Origin: Bdellovibrionota bacterium
GTDB lineage: Bacteria; Bdellovibrionota_C; UBA2361; JBGSMV01
NCBI GenBank assembly: GCA_041739995.1
Contig: JBGSMV010000033.1
Coordinates: forward strand, 1 to 64,000
DNA length: 64,000 bases
Direction: 5' to 3'
Below are positions 49,929 through 62,080 of the stretch, piece after piece. A program made the translations under genes and the position numbers. The notes beneath the pieces are model-generated. The model was not told the origin of the DNA. It did no database searches and saw only the letters and a list, made by a program, of their open reading frames with translations. Each line of letters starts with the position of its first letter. Position 1 is the first letter of the stretch.

Positions 49929-52730
49929 TTACTGGCAGCTGCTGGACGAGCTTGGAATCTCCGCCAACAACTGAAGGTTCGAGCTATGCAGCGCAGTCAT
50001 GCTGCGCTTTAACTTAGCCCCTGCCTTTCTCTGCCCAGATACGTTTCTGAGCGACTTTGTGAGCTCACTCAACAGAGCCACCATCTGCTCTGAGTCAGCT
50101 TCGAAGGCGCTAGACGCCACCGAGCTCACATCTACCGACTGGCACAAGACCGAGTTGGTACAAGTAGTGATGGACGACGGGATACTCCAGGTGCTCCCCC
50201 ACATGCGCGCATAGGTGGCACTGGCCTCTTGAAATACCTTTCGAGCGGCCGAACGAGTACGACGCGACGGATCGTAGCGACCAATCGCTGCGCGTGCGCG
50301 CTTGATGAGTGCAAGTTGTTGGCTCGCTTGCCCATCCAAAGCGAACTGCTGAGCCTGAACTTCTACAGTATTGCAGCCAAGGCAGGACGTTCCGTCCCCG
50401 GCGCATACACCACACTGGTCAAGAACCGCTGTTCCTCCCACTACACCAAGGCAATCGACCATCGGAGTGGTGGTCGGAGATATCACTGGGGTAGCGCTCG
50501 CGGTCACCGCGGGCGTGCCACTTGGCGTCGCGGAAGGCGTTGGTGACGTCGTTGGAGAAAAAGTAGCCGTTGGCGTCATTCCGGACGAAGTCGACGTCGG
50601 TGTGGCGGTCAAGGTCGGCGCAGCGGTCGAGGTAGATGTAGCCGTTGAGGTTGCAGTCGGACCAGGCACTGTCGGGGTGTTAGTGGGAGTCTCGGTTGGC
50701 GGAACTGGTGTCTCCGTTGGGGTTGAAGTCATCGTCGAGGTAGGCGATGACGTCGCGGTAGCGGTCTGAGTCGCGGTTGGCGTCTCAGTCTGGGTACTCG
50801 TCGGCGTCGCAGTCGCTATTTCTGTGCCTGTCGGTGTTGCCGAATTCGTCGGAGTTGGCCCCACGGCCGTTGCGGTGGCAGTTGGCGTAAAAGTGCTAGT
50901 AGGCGGGACATCAGTAGGCGTCGCGGTAGCCGTCATGGTTGCCGTTTCAGTCGGCGTGGATGTAACCGTTGGCGTCGAGGTCAACGTCGCAGTATTCGTC
51001 GCCGTCGGAGTGGGAGTAACGGTTGGTGTTGGCGTTGGAGCAAAGGTTGCGGATTCATACGACCCGATATCGCAAGGAGATCCCCCTTGGGGACGAAGAA
51101 ACCCACGTTGATCCAAATTAAGCACTGGAAAGTCTGCGCACACCGTCTCGTCGCCTGCGCTCAGCGCGGAGCTACCAGATCCAAGAGGGAGCGCGTAAGT
51201 GAGAATGTTTGGAATACTAAAGGTGAGCTCAGGAGCGCCAACTTCAGGGTCTTCGGTACCCGCGGGCGAATTCGCACAACCAGACGAGAGGGGAAACGCG
51301 ATGTTGTTGGTTCCTTCAGCTGAAGCAGTTCCGCCGCCACAGTTGGCGCCAACCGGTGCGATATTGTTAGAGAGCAGAGTGTTCTGCAGACGAATCTCAT
51401 CATTGATGAGGTTCAGATTGTCGCCGTCTCCGTTATTATAAATACCACCGCCCTCTGCGGCCATGTTCGCCGAAAGAGAGGAATTAATAATGGTGAGAAC
51501 CGCGTCATCGCGGTCAGTATAAATTGCACCACCTTGATCTGTGGCCATATTTCCACTGAACATGCAGTTGGCGATGACGCTGTCATCGTCATTAGCGGCA
51601 GTACTAAACGCTCCACCGTCTGAAGCGCTCATATTTCCAATAAAGGAAGACCCAAGCAGCAATACACGTCCGAGGTTATGAATCGCACCACCGCGCGCAT
51701 CCACACCGTTGGCCTTGTTCGGATCCGTAAGCGTATTGAACGGAGCCGGAAGCGGCAGCGGCGTGGTCCCAAAATGGGAGAAGTTCGTTGATAGAAAGCC
51801 GCCGGAGCTATTGTAAATTGCACCACCGTGCCACTCGTCGCCGGTCACTTCGTTACCCGCGAACGCAGAGGCGGTTATGTTCATCACTGAGCGATTATGA
51901 ATCGCACCTCCGCCGAGATTGGTGCTATCTCCGCTGGCGGCTGTGTTTTTGTTAAAAGCCGTACCGGTGATGTTTGCGATAGAAGTGGTGAACCAAATCG
52001 CTCCGCCGGAACCGCCGTCGGTCTGACCCGCAGGATCCGTACCGGCTTTATTTTCCGTAAAAATCGACCCATTAATCGTCAAAGTCGCTTCAAGACTCGA
52101 TCCGCTATCCTTATAAATCGCACCACCGTCGCCGCCCGCTTCGTTATTCTCAAAGCTACAGCCATCAATATCAACCGTTCCACTGGAACTTATCGCTCCG
52201 CCATCGCCGCCAGCTTTATTGTCCTTAAACACTGAGCCATCACACTCGAGCAAAGAACTCACGCCCTGAAGAATCGCTCCTCCCGCGCCGACGCCACTGT
52301 TACCGTTTTGCAAGGTGACGAGACTCAATCGCAGCGCCCCATCGGAGGAATTTACTCGGAATATTCGCGTTACATCTCCGCCTGAGATGGTGATAGGTCC
52401 CTGGATCAACACGTCCTTGCTGACAAAGATTTCACCGGCGGACGGCGCGTCAGAGATGGTTATCATCGAGACACCATCGAAGAGAATGGTGTCTGGGCCA
52501 GCGGGGTCGCCAGCATCGCAATCGTCCCGCGGGGGAGTCATTGATGTTGAATTCGCGTTGTCGATGGCCTCTCGTAGGCTGCAAACACCATTCCCCGGCT
52601 GCTCGAGAGTAGCAAAACTTCCATCCGTATTAGAGTCAACGGTGATGTCGGCGGCTTGAGCTCCAGGCACAAAGGCAAATGCCAGAATTACCACACAGGT
52701 CAAAACGAATGCCTTGATATGCCTATTCAT
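49929..52730 (-). CDS. Secreted CSLREA / GGAI-repeat beta-helix surface protein with a Pro/Thr linker and Cys-rich C-terminal domain
   Basis: Signal peptide ending AQA, CSLREAI, many FxxN..GGAI repeats, DQRG..R...CDIGSYE (choice-of-anchor Q-like), about 190-aa PT linker, DCLG..GG...DQCGVC. Confidence 0.87.
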   Translation of the reverse strand: MNRHIKAFVLTCVVILAFAFVPGAQAADITVDSNTDGSFATLEQPGNGVCSLREAIDNANSTSMTPPRDDCDAGDPAGPDTILFDGVSMITISDAPSAGEIFVSKDVLIQGPITISGGDVTRIFRVNSSDGALRLSLVTLQNGNSGVGAGGAILQGVSSLLECDGSVFKDNKAGGDGGAISSSGTVDIDGCSFENNEAGGDGGAIYKDSGSSLEATLTINGSIFTENKAGTDPAGQTDGGSGGAIWFTTSIANITGTAFNKNTAASGDSTNLGGGAIHNRSVMNITASAFAGNEVTGDEWHGGAIYNSSGGFLSTNFSHFGTTPLPLPAPFNTLTDPNKANGVDARGGAIHNLGRVLLLGSSFIGNMSASDGGAFSTAANDDDSVIANCMFSGNMATDQGGAIYTDRDDAVLTIINSSLSANMAAEGGGIYNNGDGDNLNLINDEIRLQNTLLSNNIAPVGANCGGGTASAEGTNNIAFPLSSGCANSPAGTEDPEVGAPELTFSIPNILTYALPLGSGSSALSAGDETVCADFPVLNLDQRGFLRPQGGSPCDIGSYESATFAPTPTPTVTPTPTATNTATLTSTPTVTSTPTETATMTATATPTDVPPTSTFTPTATATAVGPTPTNSATPTGTEIATATPTSTQTETPTATQTATATSSPTSTMTSTPTETPVPPTETPTNTPTVPGPTATSTATSTSTAAPTLTATPTSTSSGMTPTATFSPTTSPTPSATPSGTPAVTASATPVISPTTTPMVDCLGVVGGTAVLDQCGVCAGDGTSCLGCNTVEVQAQQFALDGQASQQLALIKRARAAIGRYDPSRRTRSAARKVFQEASATYARMWGSTWSIPSSITTCTNSVLCQSVDVSSVASSAFEADSEQMVALLSELTKSLRNVSGQRKAGAKLKRSMTALHSSNLQLLAEIPSSSSSCQ
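50461..51040 (-). repeat. Coding low-complexity Pro/Thr (TPT/TAT) repeat region
   Basis: Degenerate codon-phase repeats inside the CSLREA gene. Confidence 0.8.
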
Positions 52731-53121
52731 CAGCTTGCTCTCCTCACTCTAACCAATCACAGGGGCCGGGACGCCGGCGACCGTATCACATCGAGAATCA
52801 TGAGTCACAGCTCCGGAGACACACGTAAATTCCATTCACACAAAGCGACCCAAGTCGTCGCACGGACCGCGCTCTCAGGCGGGAATGTAAATGGTTTCAA
52901 GAAGATAGCTGCCGGTCGCTCCATGCCGACTAAAGACCGGAAGATTTTTCTAGAGCGCCCCTACTTCTAGAACTAGGGCTCCGATGACGGCGGAAAGACC
53001 AGTCAACCATCTAAACTAAGGTCAAAATTATTTCTTGGGTGCCGAACGCCACATTCATGGACTATTGTCTCCCTCGCACTCCTTGGCTTTAGGCCAATGG
53101 GACTCGGGGCATCAAGGACAT

Positions 53122-54621
53122 ATGCGGTTTCGAACCAAGCTTCTCCTCATACTCCTTCCGCTGGTGGCGTTTGGCCAGTTGCTCGTGGCCGATCTCATTG
53201 ACGATCAGGCCACGGCACTCATCTTTAAGTCCTCTCAGGCCAAAGCGATCTCAATTGCTGCAGCCGCAGCAGCGGTAATTGATGGTGATGCTCATGCCAA
53301 ACTCTTGGTGCGAGAAGACCAAGTGCTTCCAGAATATTCCTCGATTCGGGCTCAGCTCAAAGCCATTCGCGACGCCAATCGCCGCAACGATACGTGGGTG
53401 ACGTTTCTTTACACCGTTTCGCCAGCGAAAGAACGCCCGACAGCCCTCCAGTACGCCGTGGACCCAGAAGAAGATCTGCAGTCCTATTCTCATCTCGGAG
53501 ACCTGGTACACGGCAGCAACTTTGCAAATTTCGACATTAGCAAAGCCGGCTCATTCGAGAACTTTGTAACTGACGACTTCGGTAGTTGGTTGACCGCTTT
53601 TCATCCGATTAAGAACAGCTCCGGCAAAGCAGTTGGTGCAGTAGTGGTTGAGATCGATCGCGCAAGAATTCTCGCCCTGAGCAAAGCCTTTGTGGATACA
53701 AGCTATATCGCTCTCGGTTCTGGCATCATTATTGCCCTACTGTCGAGCCTGTTGATTGCACGCTACGTGAGCAGACCACTCGAAAAGCTCGAAGCGGGAA
53801 TCACTGAGATTGGAAAAGGGAATTTCGACGCAAAGATTCCCATTTACACCAAAGACGAGTTCGGTTCTGCCGCTGACGCCCTGAGAGAAATGGCGGTCGG
53901 ACTTCGAGAGCGCGCTCGGGTAAAATCTGCATTCGCACGCTACGTTTCACATCAGGTGGCGGATGCAGTACTGAACAGTACAGGCGAAGTGGCATTGACC
54001 GGCGAACGCCGTCGCATCACGGTTCTTTTTTGCGATATCCGAGGCTTCACCACGATTTCAGAGAAATTTTCTCCTGAGAAAGTGGTCTCTATCCTCAACG
54101 ACTATTTTGAAGAGATGGTTGATATTATTTTCAAGCACAACGGCACGCTGGACAAGTTCATGGGCGACGGCCTGATGGCTATTTTCGGAGCGCCCAACGA
54201 GGATGTCTACCAGGAAGAAAATGCGTTTAAAGCCGCGCTCGAAATGAGAGAGAGGCTGCATGCGCTTTCAGCTAAAATTCAATCTGCCTACGGTGCGGAA
54301 ATCAAAATCGGCATTGGCATTAACTCAGGCGTCGCTATCGTAGGAAACATGGGCTCTTCGAAGCGCATGGAATATACGGCAATTGGCGACACCGTAAATC
54401 TGGCCTCACGCCTCGAGTCTCGCACCAAAGACGAAGGGGTCGATCTACTTTTGAGTGAACATACCTACAGCGCACTACGCGCCAATTTTAGCGATCAACT
54501 TCGCCGCGTCGGTCCCTTCTCAGTCAAAGGTCGAAAGGAGACCATCACAGCCTACACCCCTTGCGACTCGCCGATGGCCGTCTCGTCGGCGAGTTCTGCG
54601 CTAGACCCCGGCCCTCACTAG
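53122..54621 (+). CDS. Membrane adenylate cyclase (periplasmic sensor-HAMP-class III cyclase)
   Basis: Two TMs, HAMP DEFG, FCDIRGFT, LDKFMGDG (Lys for ATP) and YTAIGDTVNLASRLE; AAGG RBS before ATG 53122. Confidence 0.9.
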   Translation: MRFRTKLLLILLPLVAFGQLLVADLIDDQATALIFKSSQAKAISIAAAAAAVIDGDAHAKLLVREDQVLPEYSSIRAQLKAIRDANRRNDTWVTFLYTVSPAKERPTALQYAVDPEEDLQSYSHLGDLVHGSNFANFDISKAGSFENFVTDDFGSWLTAFHPIKNSSGKAVGAVVVEIDRARILALSKAFVDTSYIALGSGIIIALLSSLLIARYVSRPLEKLEAGITEIGKGNFDAKIPIYTKDEFGSAADALREMAVGLRERARVKSAFARYVSHQVADAVLNSTGEVALTGERRRITVLFCDIRGFTTISEKFSPEKVVSILNDYFEEMVDIIFKHNGTLDKFMGDGLMAIFGAPNEDVYQEENAFKAALEMRERLHALSAKIQSAYGAEIKIGIGINSGVAIVGNMGSSKRMEYTAIGDTVNLASRLESRTKDEGVDLLLSEHTYSALRANFSDQLRRVGPFSVKGRKETITAYTPCDSPMAVSSASSALDPGPH

Positions 54622-54669
54622 CACACATCAAGCAGACACAGCGCCTCGCATCAACCGCGCGCTCGACTC

Positions 54670-56700
54670 TCAAATGAAAGGTGCCGAGACACGCTTGGCT
54701 ATGTCACTACGAAAGGATTGAGAATCTTCCCTCGCTGGTTCACATAGGCCCGCGGCACACAGTATAATGCCCGACGACTCTGAACCTAGTTCCCCGATTT
54801 CCGCCTCAGAGCGCAAATAGACATCACGATCAAGTTCTCTCTGCGCCCACTCGGAGAAATCCCCCTGCCCTGGGCCGTTCGGCGCACCTGGAAACTTGAT
54901 CTCGACAGCACCACGAACGTGTCGCATTCCCGCTAACCAAAACGAGGCGCATGCCACAGAATATTGACTCGCCACTTCTGCGATGGTCTTCAAAAGCCGG
55001 TTGGCACGCTCGCCGAACTCCAAATTCTGAGTAAGGACAGAAAGCTCCTGAAGATTTTCAACACTCACCGCATTCGCAGACGGCGTGGCCCCATCCACCA
55101 GCTCAAACTTCTTCATAAACAGATCTGGTGCCTCGCTGTACTGATAGGCTTCTCTTACGGAGTCCCATAAGCACTTATCCTGCAAATGCTGTAATTCCAC
55201 GGCAAGCGAGAGCCACTTATGATCGAGACTCGCTCGGTAAAGCTCGCGCAGCCCTTGGATTAGGTAAGCATAGTCATCAAGACAGGCGCGGTGACGAGCC
55301 TGGCCCTCGCAATAGCTGCGCAGCAGGGCGTCGCCTGAAAATAACCTTTGGAGTAGTACGTCAGCAGCCACGGTCGCCGTGCTCAATAGAGAATCTTCCC
55401 GCAAGAGCTGAAAGCCCCTCGCAAATGCGCGAATAGCCAACCCGTTCCAACCCGCAAGCACCTTACGGTCACAGTGCGGACGAACTCGCTGGTCGCGTTG
55501 CTCCAACAGCTTGCCCACAAGAACTATATATTCTGGCTCAGAGGTCTTCATCCATGCCGAGGCATCTGTCACCGTGAGAATGTTGTTGCCATGCTCAAAA
55601 TTGCCCGCGCTGCTGATTCGATAATGCGTGGCGAAGCGCTCATATTCTTCTGCATTAAAAAGGCTCTTAAGCTCCTCCTCTTTCCACACGTAGAACTCGC
55701 CTTCTTTGCCCACATCTCCGGCATCCTCAGCCGCATAAAAACAACCTTCGGCATCCTGAAGATCCCGCGCAATGTAACCGAGGGTTTTGCGTGCTACCTG
55801 CCCGAAAAAATCATTACCCGAGACTTGGAACGCATCCAGGTAAGTATAGGCAAGCAGCGCATTGTCATAGAGCATCTTTTCAAAGTGCGGGACCAACCAC
55901 TCGGCATCGGTTGAGTATCGATGGAATCCGCCTCCTATTTGATCGAAGATTCCACCGCACGCCATTTTCTCCAGGGTAAAGAGCGCCATATGTCGCGCCT
56001 GCCGGCCGAGCGCGGAATCTTTGAGTGCTCGAGAAAGCGAGAGCAGCAGCGAAACTTGAGTAGATGGCGGGAACTTTGGCGCGTCACCAAATCCGCCTGC
56101 TTGCGGGTCGAAGCGCTCGGCAAAGGCTCCCAATAGAGGAGCCAGCCCCTTTGGTAATACTGCGTCAAGAATTGAGTCCCCAGATTTCGCTGTTTGAGTG
56201 TTCCTCTCCCCACCCTCTCGAGACTTGAGCACTTCCACAATATGCTGGGCAGAAGAAACAACCTTCCCTGGCTCATTGCGCCAGGCATCTGAGAGACCAA
56301 CTAGTATTTTTAGAAACTGCGCGCGAGGAAAGTACGTCCCCGCCCAAAACGGCTTTCGATTGGGGGTAAGGAACACTGACATCGGCCAGCCGCCGTGCCC
56401 GGTCAGTCCAACCAGAGCATCCATGTATATTTGGTCCACATCCGGGCGCTCCTCACGGTCGACTTTGATACATATGAACCGCTCGTTAAGCACGCTGGCG
56501 ACCTCAGGGGACTCGAAGGAATCCTTTTCCATTACGTGGCACCAGTAACAAGTAGAGTATCCTATTGAGAGGAAGACTGGCTTCTGCTGGCTTGCAGCCT
56601 GTTCAAACGCCGCATCGCCCCAAGGCTGCCACCACACCGGATTATCCTGGTGTTGTTTAAGGTAGGGGCTGGTCTCTGAACTGAGTCTGTTTTCGCTCAT
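54670..56700 (-). CDS. YyaL/SPATA20 thioredoxin-domain protein (DUF255)
   Basis: NRL..ETSPYL.QH..NPV.W, CYWCHVM, GGWP and [11 protein letters not shown]. Confidence 0.92.
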   Translation of the reverse strand: MSENRLSSETSPYLKQHQDNPVWWQPWGDAAFEQAASQQKPVFLSIGYSTCYWCHVMEKDSFESPEVASVLNERFICIKVDREERPDVDQIYMDALVGLTGHGGWPMSVFLTPNRKPFWAGTYFPRAQFLKILVGLSDAWRNEPGKVVSSAQHIVEVLKSREGGERNTQTAKSGDSILDAVLPKGLAPLLGAFAERFDPQAGGFGDAPKFPPSTQVSLLLSLSRALKDSALGRQARHMALFTLEKMACGGIFDQIGGGFHRYSTDAEWLVPHFEKMLYDNALLAYTYLDAFQVSGNDFFGQVARKTLGYIARDLQDAEGCFYAAEDAGDVGKEGEFYVWKEEELKSLFNAEEYERFATHYRISSAGNFEHGNNILTVTDASAWMKTSEPEYIVLVGKLLEQRDQRVRPHCDRKVLAGWNGLAIRAFARGFQLLREDSLLSTATVAADVLLQRLFSGDALLRSYCEGQARHRACLDDYAYLIQGLRELYRASLDHKWLSLAVELQHLQDKCLWDSVREAYQYSEAPDLFMKKFELVDGATPSANAVSVENLQELSVLTQNLEFGERANRLLKTIAEVASQYSVACASFWLAGMRHVRGAVEIKFPGAPNGPGQGDFSEWAQRELDRDVYLRSEAEIGELGSESSGIILCAAGLCEPAREDSQSFRSDIAKRVSAPFI

Positions 56701-56911
56701 GGCAAGGACTCTACCACGGCAGGGCTTAAGGGCGAATGACCAGTGGTGGCCAACGCCAGAGCTGATATTGAAGAAGATCTCGCCGCCATCCGATAGAACA
56801 TGCTAAGTTTTTGGAGCTGCGCTTTTCACATGCGCCTGCCGACTCTTAGGCGACCTATGTCTCTTAGGAAGTCTTGATTATTAGAAACTCTACTCATTAG
56901 GAACTTGGCCC

Positions 56912-59629
56912 ATGACTGATAACGCTTCAAAGACTGCCACCTCCCACGCCTTTGGCTTTGCGCTCAAGTCCCTTGGCGGGGCCACAGCCAGCGTCGGCTC
57001 TTACTTTTCTTTGCCAGAGCTTGAGGCCAAAGGCCTCGGCGCAATCTCCAGATTACCCGTTTCTATCCGCATCGTTCTTGAGGCCGTCGTCAGAAACTGT
57101 GACGGCAAACGCATCGAAGAAAAAGACGTTCGCGCTCTTGCGGCATGGCAGCCGCGTGCTCCACGCACTGAGGAAGTCCCCTTCATCGTGGCGAGAGTAC
57201 TGCTTCAAGACTTCACCGGAGTGCCGCTTGGCGTAGACCTGGCCGCAATGCGTTCTGCTATGAAGCGTATGGGTAAAGATCCTACCAAGGTGGAACCACT
57301 GGTTCCAGTGGACCTAGTCGTTGACCACTCAGTACAAGTTGACGTGTTTGGTATCGCTGACGCCTTCGAGAAGAACCTAGAAATTGAGTTTCAGAGGAAT
57401 CAAGAGCGCTACCAGTTTCTCAAGTGGTGCATGGATTCGTTTGAGACCTTTGGCGTTATTCCGCCAGGATTCGGCATCTGCCATCAGGTCAATCTTGAAT
57501 ACCTCACCAAGTTAGTGTTCGAACGGAAAGGAATTCTTTTTCCAGATACCCTGGTTGGACCCGACTCGCACACCACCATGGTGAACGGACTTGGGGTGGT
57601 TGGCTGGGGCGTGGGGGGCATTGAAGCCGAGGCCTCAATGCTTGGGCAACCGATGTATTTTCTGACTCCAGACGTAGTCGGGGTAAACCTCTCTGGTAAA
57701 CTTTCGGCCGGTGCAACCACTACCGATTTAGTGCTTGCGGTCACCGAGCTGCTTCGAAAGACCAAAGTGGTGGGGAAGTTCGTCGAGTTTTTCGGAGAAG
57801 GTGCTCGCACTCTGTCAGCACCGGACCGCGCCACCATCGGCAACATGGCTCCAGAATACGGCGCCACTATGGGATTTTTCCCGTGTGATGAACGCACACT
57901 TGAATATATGCGTGCGACTGGGCGCTCAGAGGCTCAGATCTCCTTGATTCGAGACTACTATACTGCCCAGGGCCTTTTTGGCATTCCGCTAGCCGGACAG
58001 TGTGACTATTCCGCAGTGGTGGAGCTCGATATTTCAAGCATCGTGCCTTCCATCGCGGGCCCCAAGCGCCCACAGGACCGCATCGCACTTACTGACGCGA
58101 AGCAAAAATTCAGCGCTCTCTTCTCTGAGCCTGTTCAGTCTGGAGGCTACGGGAAGGCGGCCGCTGAATTCTCGAAGCGCAGCCCGACTGCACAGTACGG
58201 AGATCTCGGACATGGTGACGTGCTCATTGCCGCTATCACTTCTTGCACCAACACGTCTAACCCGAGCGTGATGTTGGCTGCTGGATTGGTGGCAAAAAAA
58301 GCTGTGGAGAAGGGTCTCAAGCCAAAGAAATTTGTAAAAACGTCTCTGGCTCCTGGCTCCCGAGTAGTTACTGACTATCTTACCAAGACGGGCCTCCAGA
58401 CCTATCTCGATCAGATCGGATTTCAAACCGTGGGCTACGGGTGCACCACCTGTATCGGCAACTCCGGTCCACTCGACTCGGATATTGAAACGTCATTGGT
58501 AGCCAACGACATCGTGGGAGCTTCGGTGCTGTCAGGGAATCGCAACTTTGAAGCGCGCGTGCACCAGAACATAAAGGCGAACTTTTTAATGAGTCCTCCA
58601 CTAGTGGTGGCGTATGCACTGGCGGGCAGCATGAACGTGGATCTCACTATAGACCCCCTTGGAAAGGACAAACAAGGCAAAGACGTGTTCCTAAAAGACT
58701 TGTGGCCTACCCCTCAAGAAGTGGCCACGTTGTTGCAGCAGGTGAACGAGCCGAGTTTTTACCTCAAGACCTACACTGACATTTCAACCCAGAACCCTCG
58801 CTGGAACGCTATCGCTCAAGCAAAGAGCGTCACTTTTGACTGGGATGATTCCTCTACCTACATCCAAGAGCCGCCATACTTTGAGAATTTTACTCCGACT
58901 CCTAGCGCCGTAGAGGACATCGTGGGTGCTCGGGCACTGGCGATCTTTGGTGATTCTGTAACCACCGACCACATCTCTCCTGCCGGAGCGATTAAGGCGT
59001 CCGCTCCTGCCGGATCTTACCTGCAGAGTCGAAACATTCCGCCAGCTGACTTCAATAGCTACGGCGCAAGACGCGGCAACCATGAAGTGATGGTTCGCGG
59101 AACATTTGCAAACGTACGCATCAAGAATCTCATGGTGAGCCCCAAGGAAGGCGGTTTCACTAAGCACGTTCCAAGCGGCGACGAGCTGAGCATCTACGAT
59201 GCCTCTCTGCGCTATGCCGAGAAAAACACTCCATTGATAGTGTTTACTGGCCAAGAGTACGGCACGGGAAGTTCTCGTGATTGGGCAGCCAAGGGCACTA
59301 CGCTGCTCGGAGTACGAGCAGTAATCGCTCAGAGCTTTGAGAGAATTCATCGCAGCAACCTAGTAGGCATGGGGGCGCTTCCGCTTCAGTTCAAAGACGG
59401 CGGCTCGGCGGCCTCGCATGGGATTTCTGGACAAGAGACTTTCGATCTCAAGAATCTGGCCAAGGGGCTCAAACCGCGCGGAGAACTTTCGCTTACCGTA
59501 GTGAGCGAAGACGGCAAGAGTCGTAGCATCCCGGTACTGGTGCGCATCGATACCGAAACTGAACTTGAGTACTACCGCCACAAAGGAATCCTGCCTTATG
59601 TGTTGCGCCAGATTGCAGCAGCAGCGTGA
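56912..59629 (+). CDS. acnA: Aconitate hydratase A
   Basis: [38 protein letters not shown] and [10 protein letters not shown]. Confidence 0.96.
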   Translation: MTDNASKTATSHAFGFALKSLGGATASVGSYFSLPELEAKGLGAISRLPVSIRIVLEAVVRNCDGKRIEEKDVRALAAWQPRAPRTEEVPFIVARVLLQDFTGVPLGVDLAAMRSAMKRMGKDPTKVEPLVPVDLVVDHSVQVDVFGIADAFEKNLEIEFQRNQERYQFLKWCMDSFETFGVIPPGFGICHQVNLEYLTKLVFERKGILFPDTLVGPDSHTTMVNGLGVVGWGVGGIEAEASMLGQPMYFLTPDVVGVNLSGKLSAGATTTDLVLAVTELLRKTKVVGKFVEFFGEGARTLSAPDRATIGNMAPEYGATMGFFPCDERTLEYMRATGRSEAQISLIRDYYTAQGLFGIPLAGQCDYSAVVELDISSIVPSIAGPKRPQDRIALTDAKQKFSALFSEPVQSGGYGKAAAEFSKRSPTAQYGDLGHGDVLIAAITSCTNTSNPSVMLAAGLVAKKAVEKGLKPKKFVKTSLAPGSRVVTDYLTKTGLQTYLDQIGFQTVGYGCTTCIGNSGPLDSDIETSLVANDIVGASVLSGNRNFEARVHQNIKANFLMSPPLVVAYALAGSMNVDLTIDPLGKDKQGKDVFLKDLWPTPQEVATLLQQVNEPSFYLKTYTDISTQNPRWNAIAQAKSVTFDWDDSSTYIQEPPYFENFTPTPSAVEDIVGARALAIFGDSVTTDHISPAGAIKASAPAGSYLQSRNIPPADFNSYGARRGNHEVMVRGTFANVRIKNLMVSPKEGGFTKHVPSGDELSIYDASLRYAEKNTPLIVFTGQEYGTGSSRDWAAKGTTLLGVRAVIAQSFERIHRSNLVGMGALPLQFKDGGSAASHGISGQETFDLKNLAKGLKPRGELSLTVVSEDGKSRSIPVLVRIDTETELEYYRHKGILPYVLRQIAAAA

Positions 59630-59717
59630 TCGCCTTTTGAGATTTTAAGATTAGACTTCCGACTCAATGACGCCAGGCAGGCGCGAACGTGTTGTGTTGA
59701 ATCATGACGGAGACTTA

Positions 59718-60698
59718 CTAGTATCCGCCGCTTCTGGCCTTTGAGGGCATTTGGTCACTTCGCGCGTGATGCGCTTCAGAGATGACCAAAGGCGCCGAGA
59801 TTTCCATGCTGGACTCTTGTGTCACCCGTTCGACGGTTAGAGCACCCGAGGAAACCACCTCCGAACTCTTCTGTACCGATCGAACCGGAGAAAGGTAGAC
59901 GGCCTCTGGGCCTACGACTGCAACCATCGCAAACGGAATTTGTTCAGGATTCTGATAAAGCGCTTGCACCACTTGCTCACAGCCAAATGCTGAGCGCGCG
60001 CGCGGTGTAACATCGTCTCCTGTCACAAACCCGAAATCTTCCATAATCCCATAGAGCTCGCGCTCACCAAAAGTATCCAGCTCTTGGGCTGTCAGAAACA
60101 CCACGTCCCGAGGTCGCAATTCGACGGACGCCAGCTCAACCGACACAAGTGATTGAGTGCCGACAAAACCGTCGATTGATGAAGTGTCGCTCGCCTCGGA
60201 GCTCTCCGAACGTCCAGACGACCCCTGCTCTTCGGATTCCTGGGTAGCCATCAGGCTCTCAAAGAATGGAAACACCTCAAGATCTCGACACAGATAGGCG
60301 TTGCCCGCACCCACTCGACCGGCAGCGATAACTCCCTCTTCTATCACTACTCCGATTAACGATGCGGCAAGCCTGCCGCCAGCGGCCAGCTTGTGACCGA
60401 ATTGATAGACGGAGTGATTGGCAGCTTTGAAAGCACCTTCAATAAGTTGAAGTGCTGGTGAGGAGCCTGAACCCGGCTCGCTCGACGTCGCCTCAATGTC
60501 TTGAAGCACAGACTCTGCGAAATGTTGTAAGGCGAGCTTTGAAGCGACGTGACTGCCAATGCTATTGCGGACTGCTCCAGCTCCAGCCATGACTACGCTA
60601 CCCGGCCTGCGATGGGGATTGACCGCCACGTATGACGATTGCTCGAGCGGAACTTGCTCCCCTCGGAAGAAATGACAATCAACTCGGGTAATCCCCAT
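59718..60698 (-). CDS. Degenerate PP2C/PPM-fold protein (probable pseudophosphatase)
   Basis: G.HVAS..A, AF.AAN..V, G.VG...AYL.R and L.P.D.V.L match the PP2C layout, but the catalytic Asp motifs are replaced. Confidence 0.6.
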   Translation of the reverse strand: MGITRVDCHFFRGEQVPLEQSSYVAVNPHRRPGSVVMAGAGAVRNSIGSHVASKLALQHFAESVLQDIEATSSEPGSGSSPALQLIEGAFKAANHSVYQFGHKLAAGGRLAASLIGVVIEEGVIAAGRVGAGNAYLCRDLEVFPFFESLMATQESEEQGSSGRSESSEASDTSSIDGFVGTQSLVSVELASVELRPRDVVFLTAQELDTFGERELYGIMEDFGFVTGDDVTPRARSAFGCEQVVQALYQNPEQIPFAMVAVVGPEAVYLSPVRSVQKSSEVVSSGALTVERVTQESSMEISAPLVISEAHHARSDQMPSKARSGGY

Positions 60699-60972
60699 AG
60701 ACCCCTATCTTTACAATGAGCCAGGCTCCCAAGCACTACGCAGTTATAGGCCAATCCCCGAAACTCCCACCTAACTCTCTGAGACCTCTACCTTTTGATG
60801 CTCCACTCTTCTTTGAAGTTTGAGTCTCCTGGCCTCGCCCTAAAAAATCGGTAGTTCCCTTAGTCGTTCATTAGGCTCGCAGAATTCGATGAATTTACTA
60901 TTGCTTTCAACAGGTTGCTCCATTGACGGGCATGACGGAAGCTCGACTTTAGCTTTGGGGTCAACTTTCTCC

Positions 60973-60999
60973 TTAAGAAAATGTCAGGAACGTCGATAC
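60973..60999 (+). promoter_or_regulatory. Putative sigma28 (FliA) promoter
   Basis: TTAA-N15-GTCGATAC versus the consensus TAAA-N15-GCCGATAA. Confidence 0.5.
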
Positions 61000-61074
61000 A
61001 TTTGGTAGGAGCTGAACCCAGCGAAAAGTACGCTGGCGAAAGGGCAAGGTCGCCGAGCTCCTAGGAGCAGTATC

Positions 61075-61725
61075 ATGGAAGTTGTTGCAGTCCATCCCTT
61101 CGGAACCTCCCCCAATCCAAGTGCATTCTCTCCGCAATCGGCTAAGCATGCCGCGGACAGTCTCATCCTCGCCGCGTCACTACCTGGCGCCTCTAAGGCC
61201 GACGATAAGGACACGGGAATCTCTGACGTCTTTAAAGCTCTCACAGTCACCGCTCAAGAAGTCGTCGAAAAGCTTAACGAGTTGCTGAAGGGCGATCTGC
61301 CTGACGGACTCGAAGGTTTAAACCCTGACGAAGTGACGCCGGAAGCTACCGCAGAGCGGATCGTAACCGGTGCCACTTCCTACTTCGAAGTGTTTGCGCG
61401 TCAAAACCCAACTCTCACTGGCGAAGAACTCCTGAATCGCTTTCTCAGCACCATTCGCGGCGGAATCGATAAGGGCTACACCCAAGCTGTGGGCATCCTT
61501 GAAGGCCTAGGCGCATTCGAGTTTGACGGAGTAAAGAGCGGCGTCCAGAAAACCAAGGGTCTCATTGACCAGAAGCTCGCCGCGTTCGAAGCATTCAAAC
61601 GAGAAGAACTTGGACTGTCCCCCAGTGGCGCTGATGAGGTTGCGGCCTCACTCACCAAGAATTCTGTGGGTGCTCAAGCCGGCGCGGCAATTGCTCGCAG
61701 CGGCGGTCTCAACGTCACCGCATAA
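61075..61725 (+). CDS. DUF5610-like protein
   Basis: TPEATAERIV..A...F..F..Q...F...IRGGIDKGY..A..IL; AGGAG RBS. Confidence 0.7.
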   Translation: MEVVAVHPFGTSPNPSAFSPQSAKHAADSLILAASLPGASKADDKDTGISDVFKALTVTAQEVVEKLNELLKGDLPDGLEGLNPDEVTPEATAERIVTGATSYFEVFARQNPTLTGEELLNRFLSTIRGGIDKGYTQAVGILEGLGAFEFDGVKSGVQKTKGLIDQKLAAFEAFKREELGLSPSGADEVAASLTKNSVGAQAGAAIARSGGLNVTA

Positions 61726-62080
61726 CGCTGACCAGACCCGTTCTATCCAGCAGGTCATTAGTTGTATCCCTTGCGGATCAGAGGCTACGCCCACTCTTTG
61801 AGGCGCAGTAACGCTATACTCACCGTGAGAGACTTAGGCACCTAAGTAAATGACCCCCACTATTCCTAGGGGTGTCGACCTCAAGGGCATCTCTACTATA
61901 ATAGCGCATGTTAGTTCCCAGAGTGTCGGTCGCCATGTGAATCGTTCGTGGCGGCATTTCGGTCGAGCGGCCAGGTTCACCAGTGCCACCGCCCGACAGA
62001 AAATAATGCCCTGGAACTGCAAGTGGCGAGAGCTGAAATTAGAGACTCTCGCGATCATTACCACGAGTGAGGGACGCACC

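Noticed and set aside
50461..51040. Repetitive tract as a possible CRISPR array or non-coding repeat
   Set aside because: The repeats are degenerate, in codon phase and encode a Pro/Thr linker. There is no repeat-spacer structure and no cas gene in the window.
56843..56902. CTCTTAGG direct repeats upstream of acnA
   Set aside because: Only two exact 8-mers and one variant with irregular spacing; cannot be distinguished from chance.
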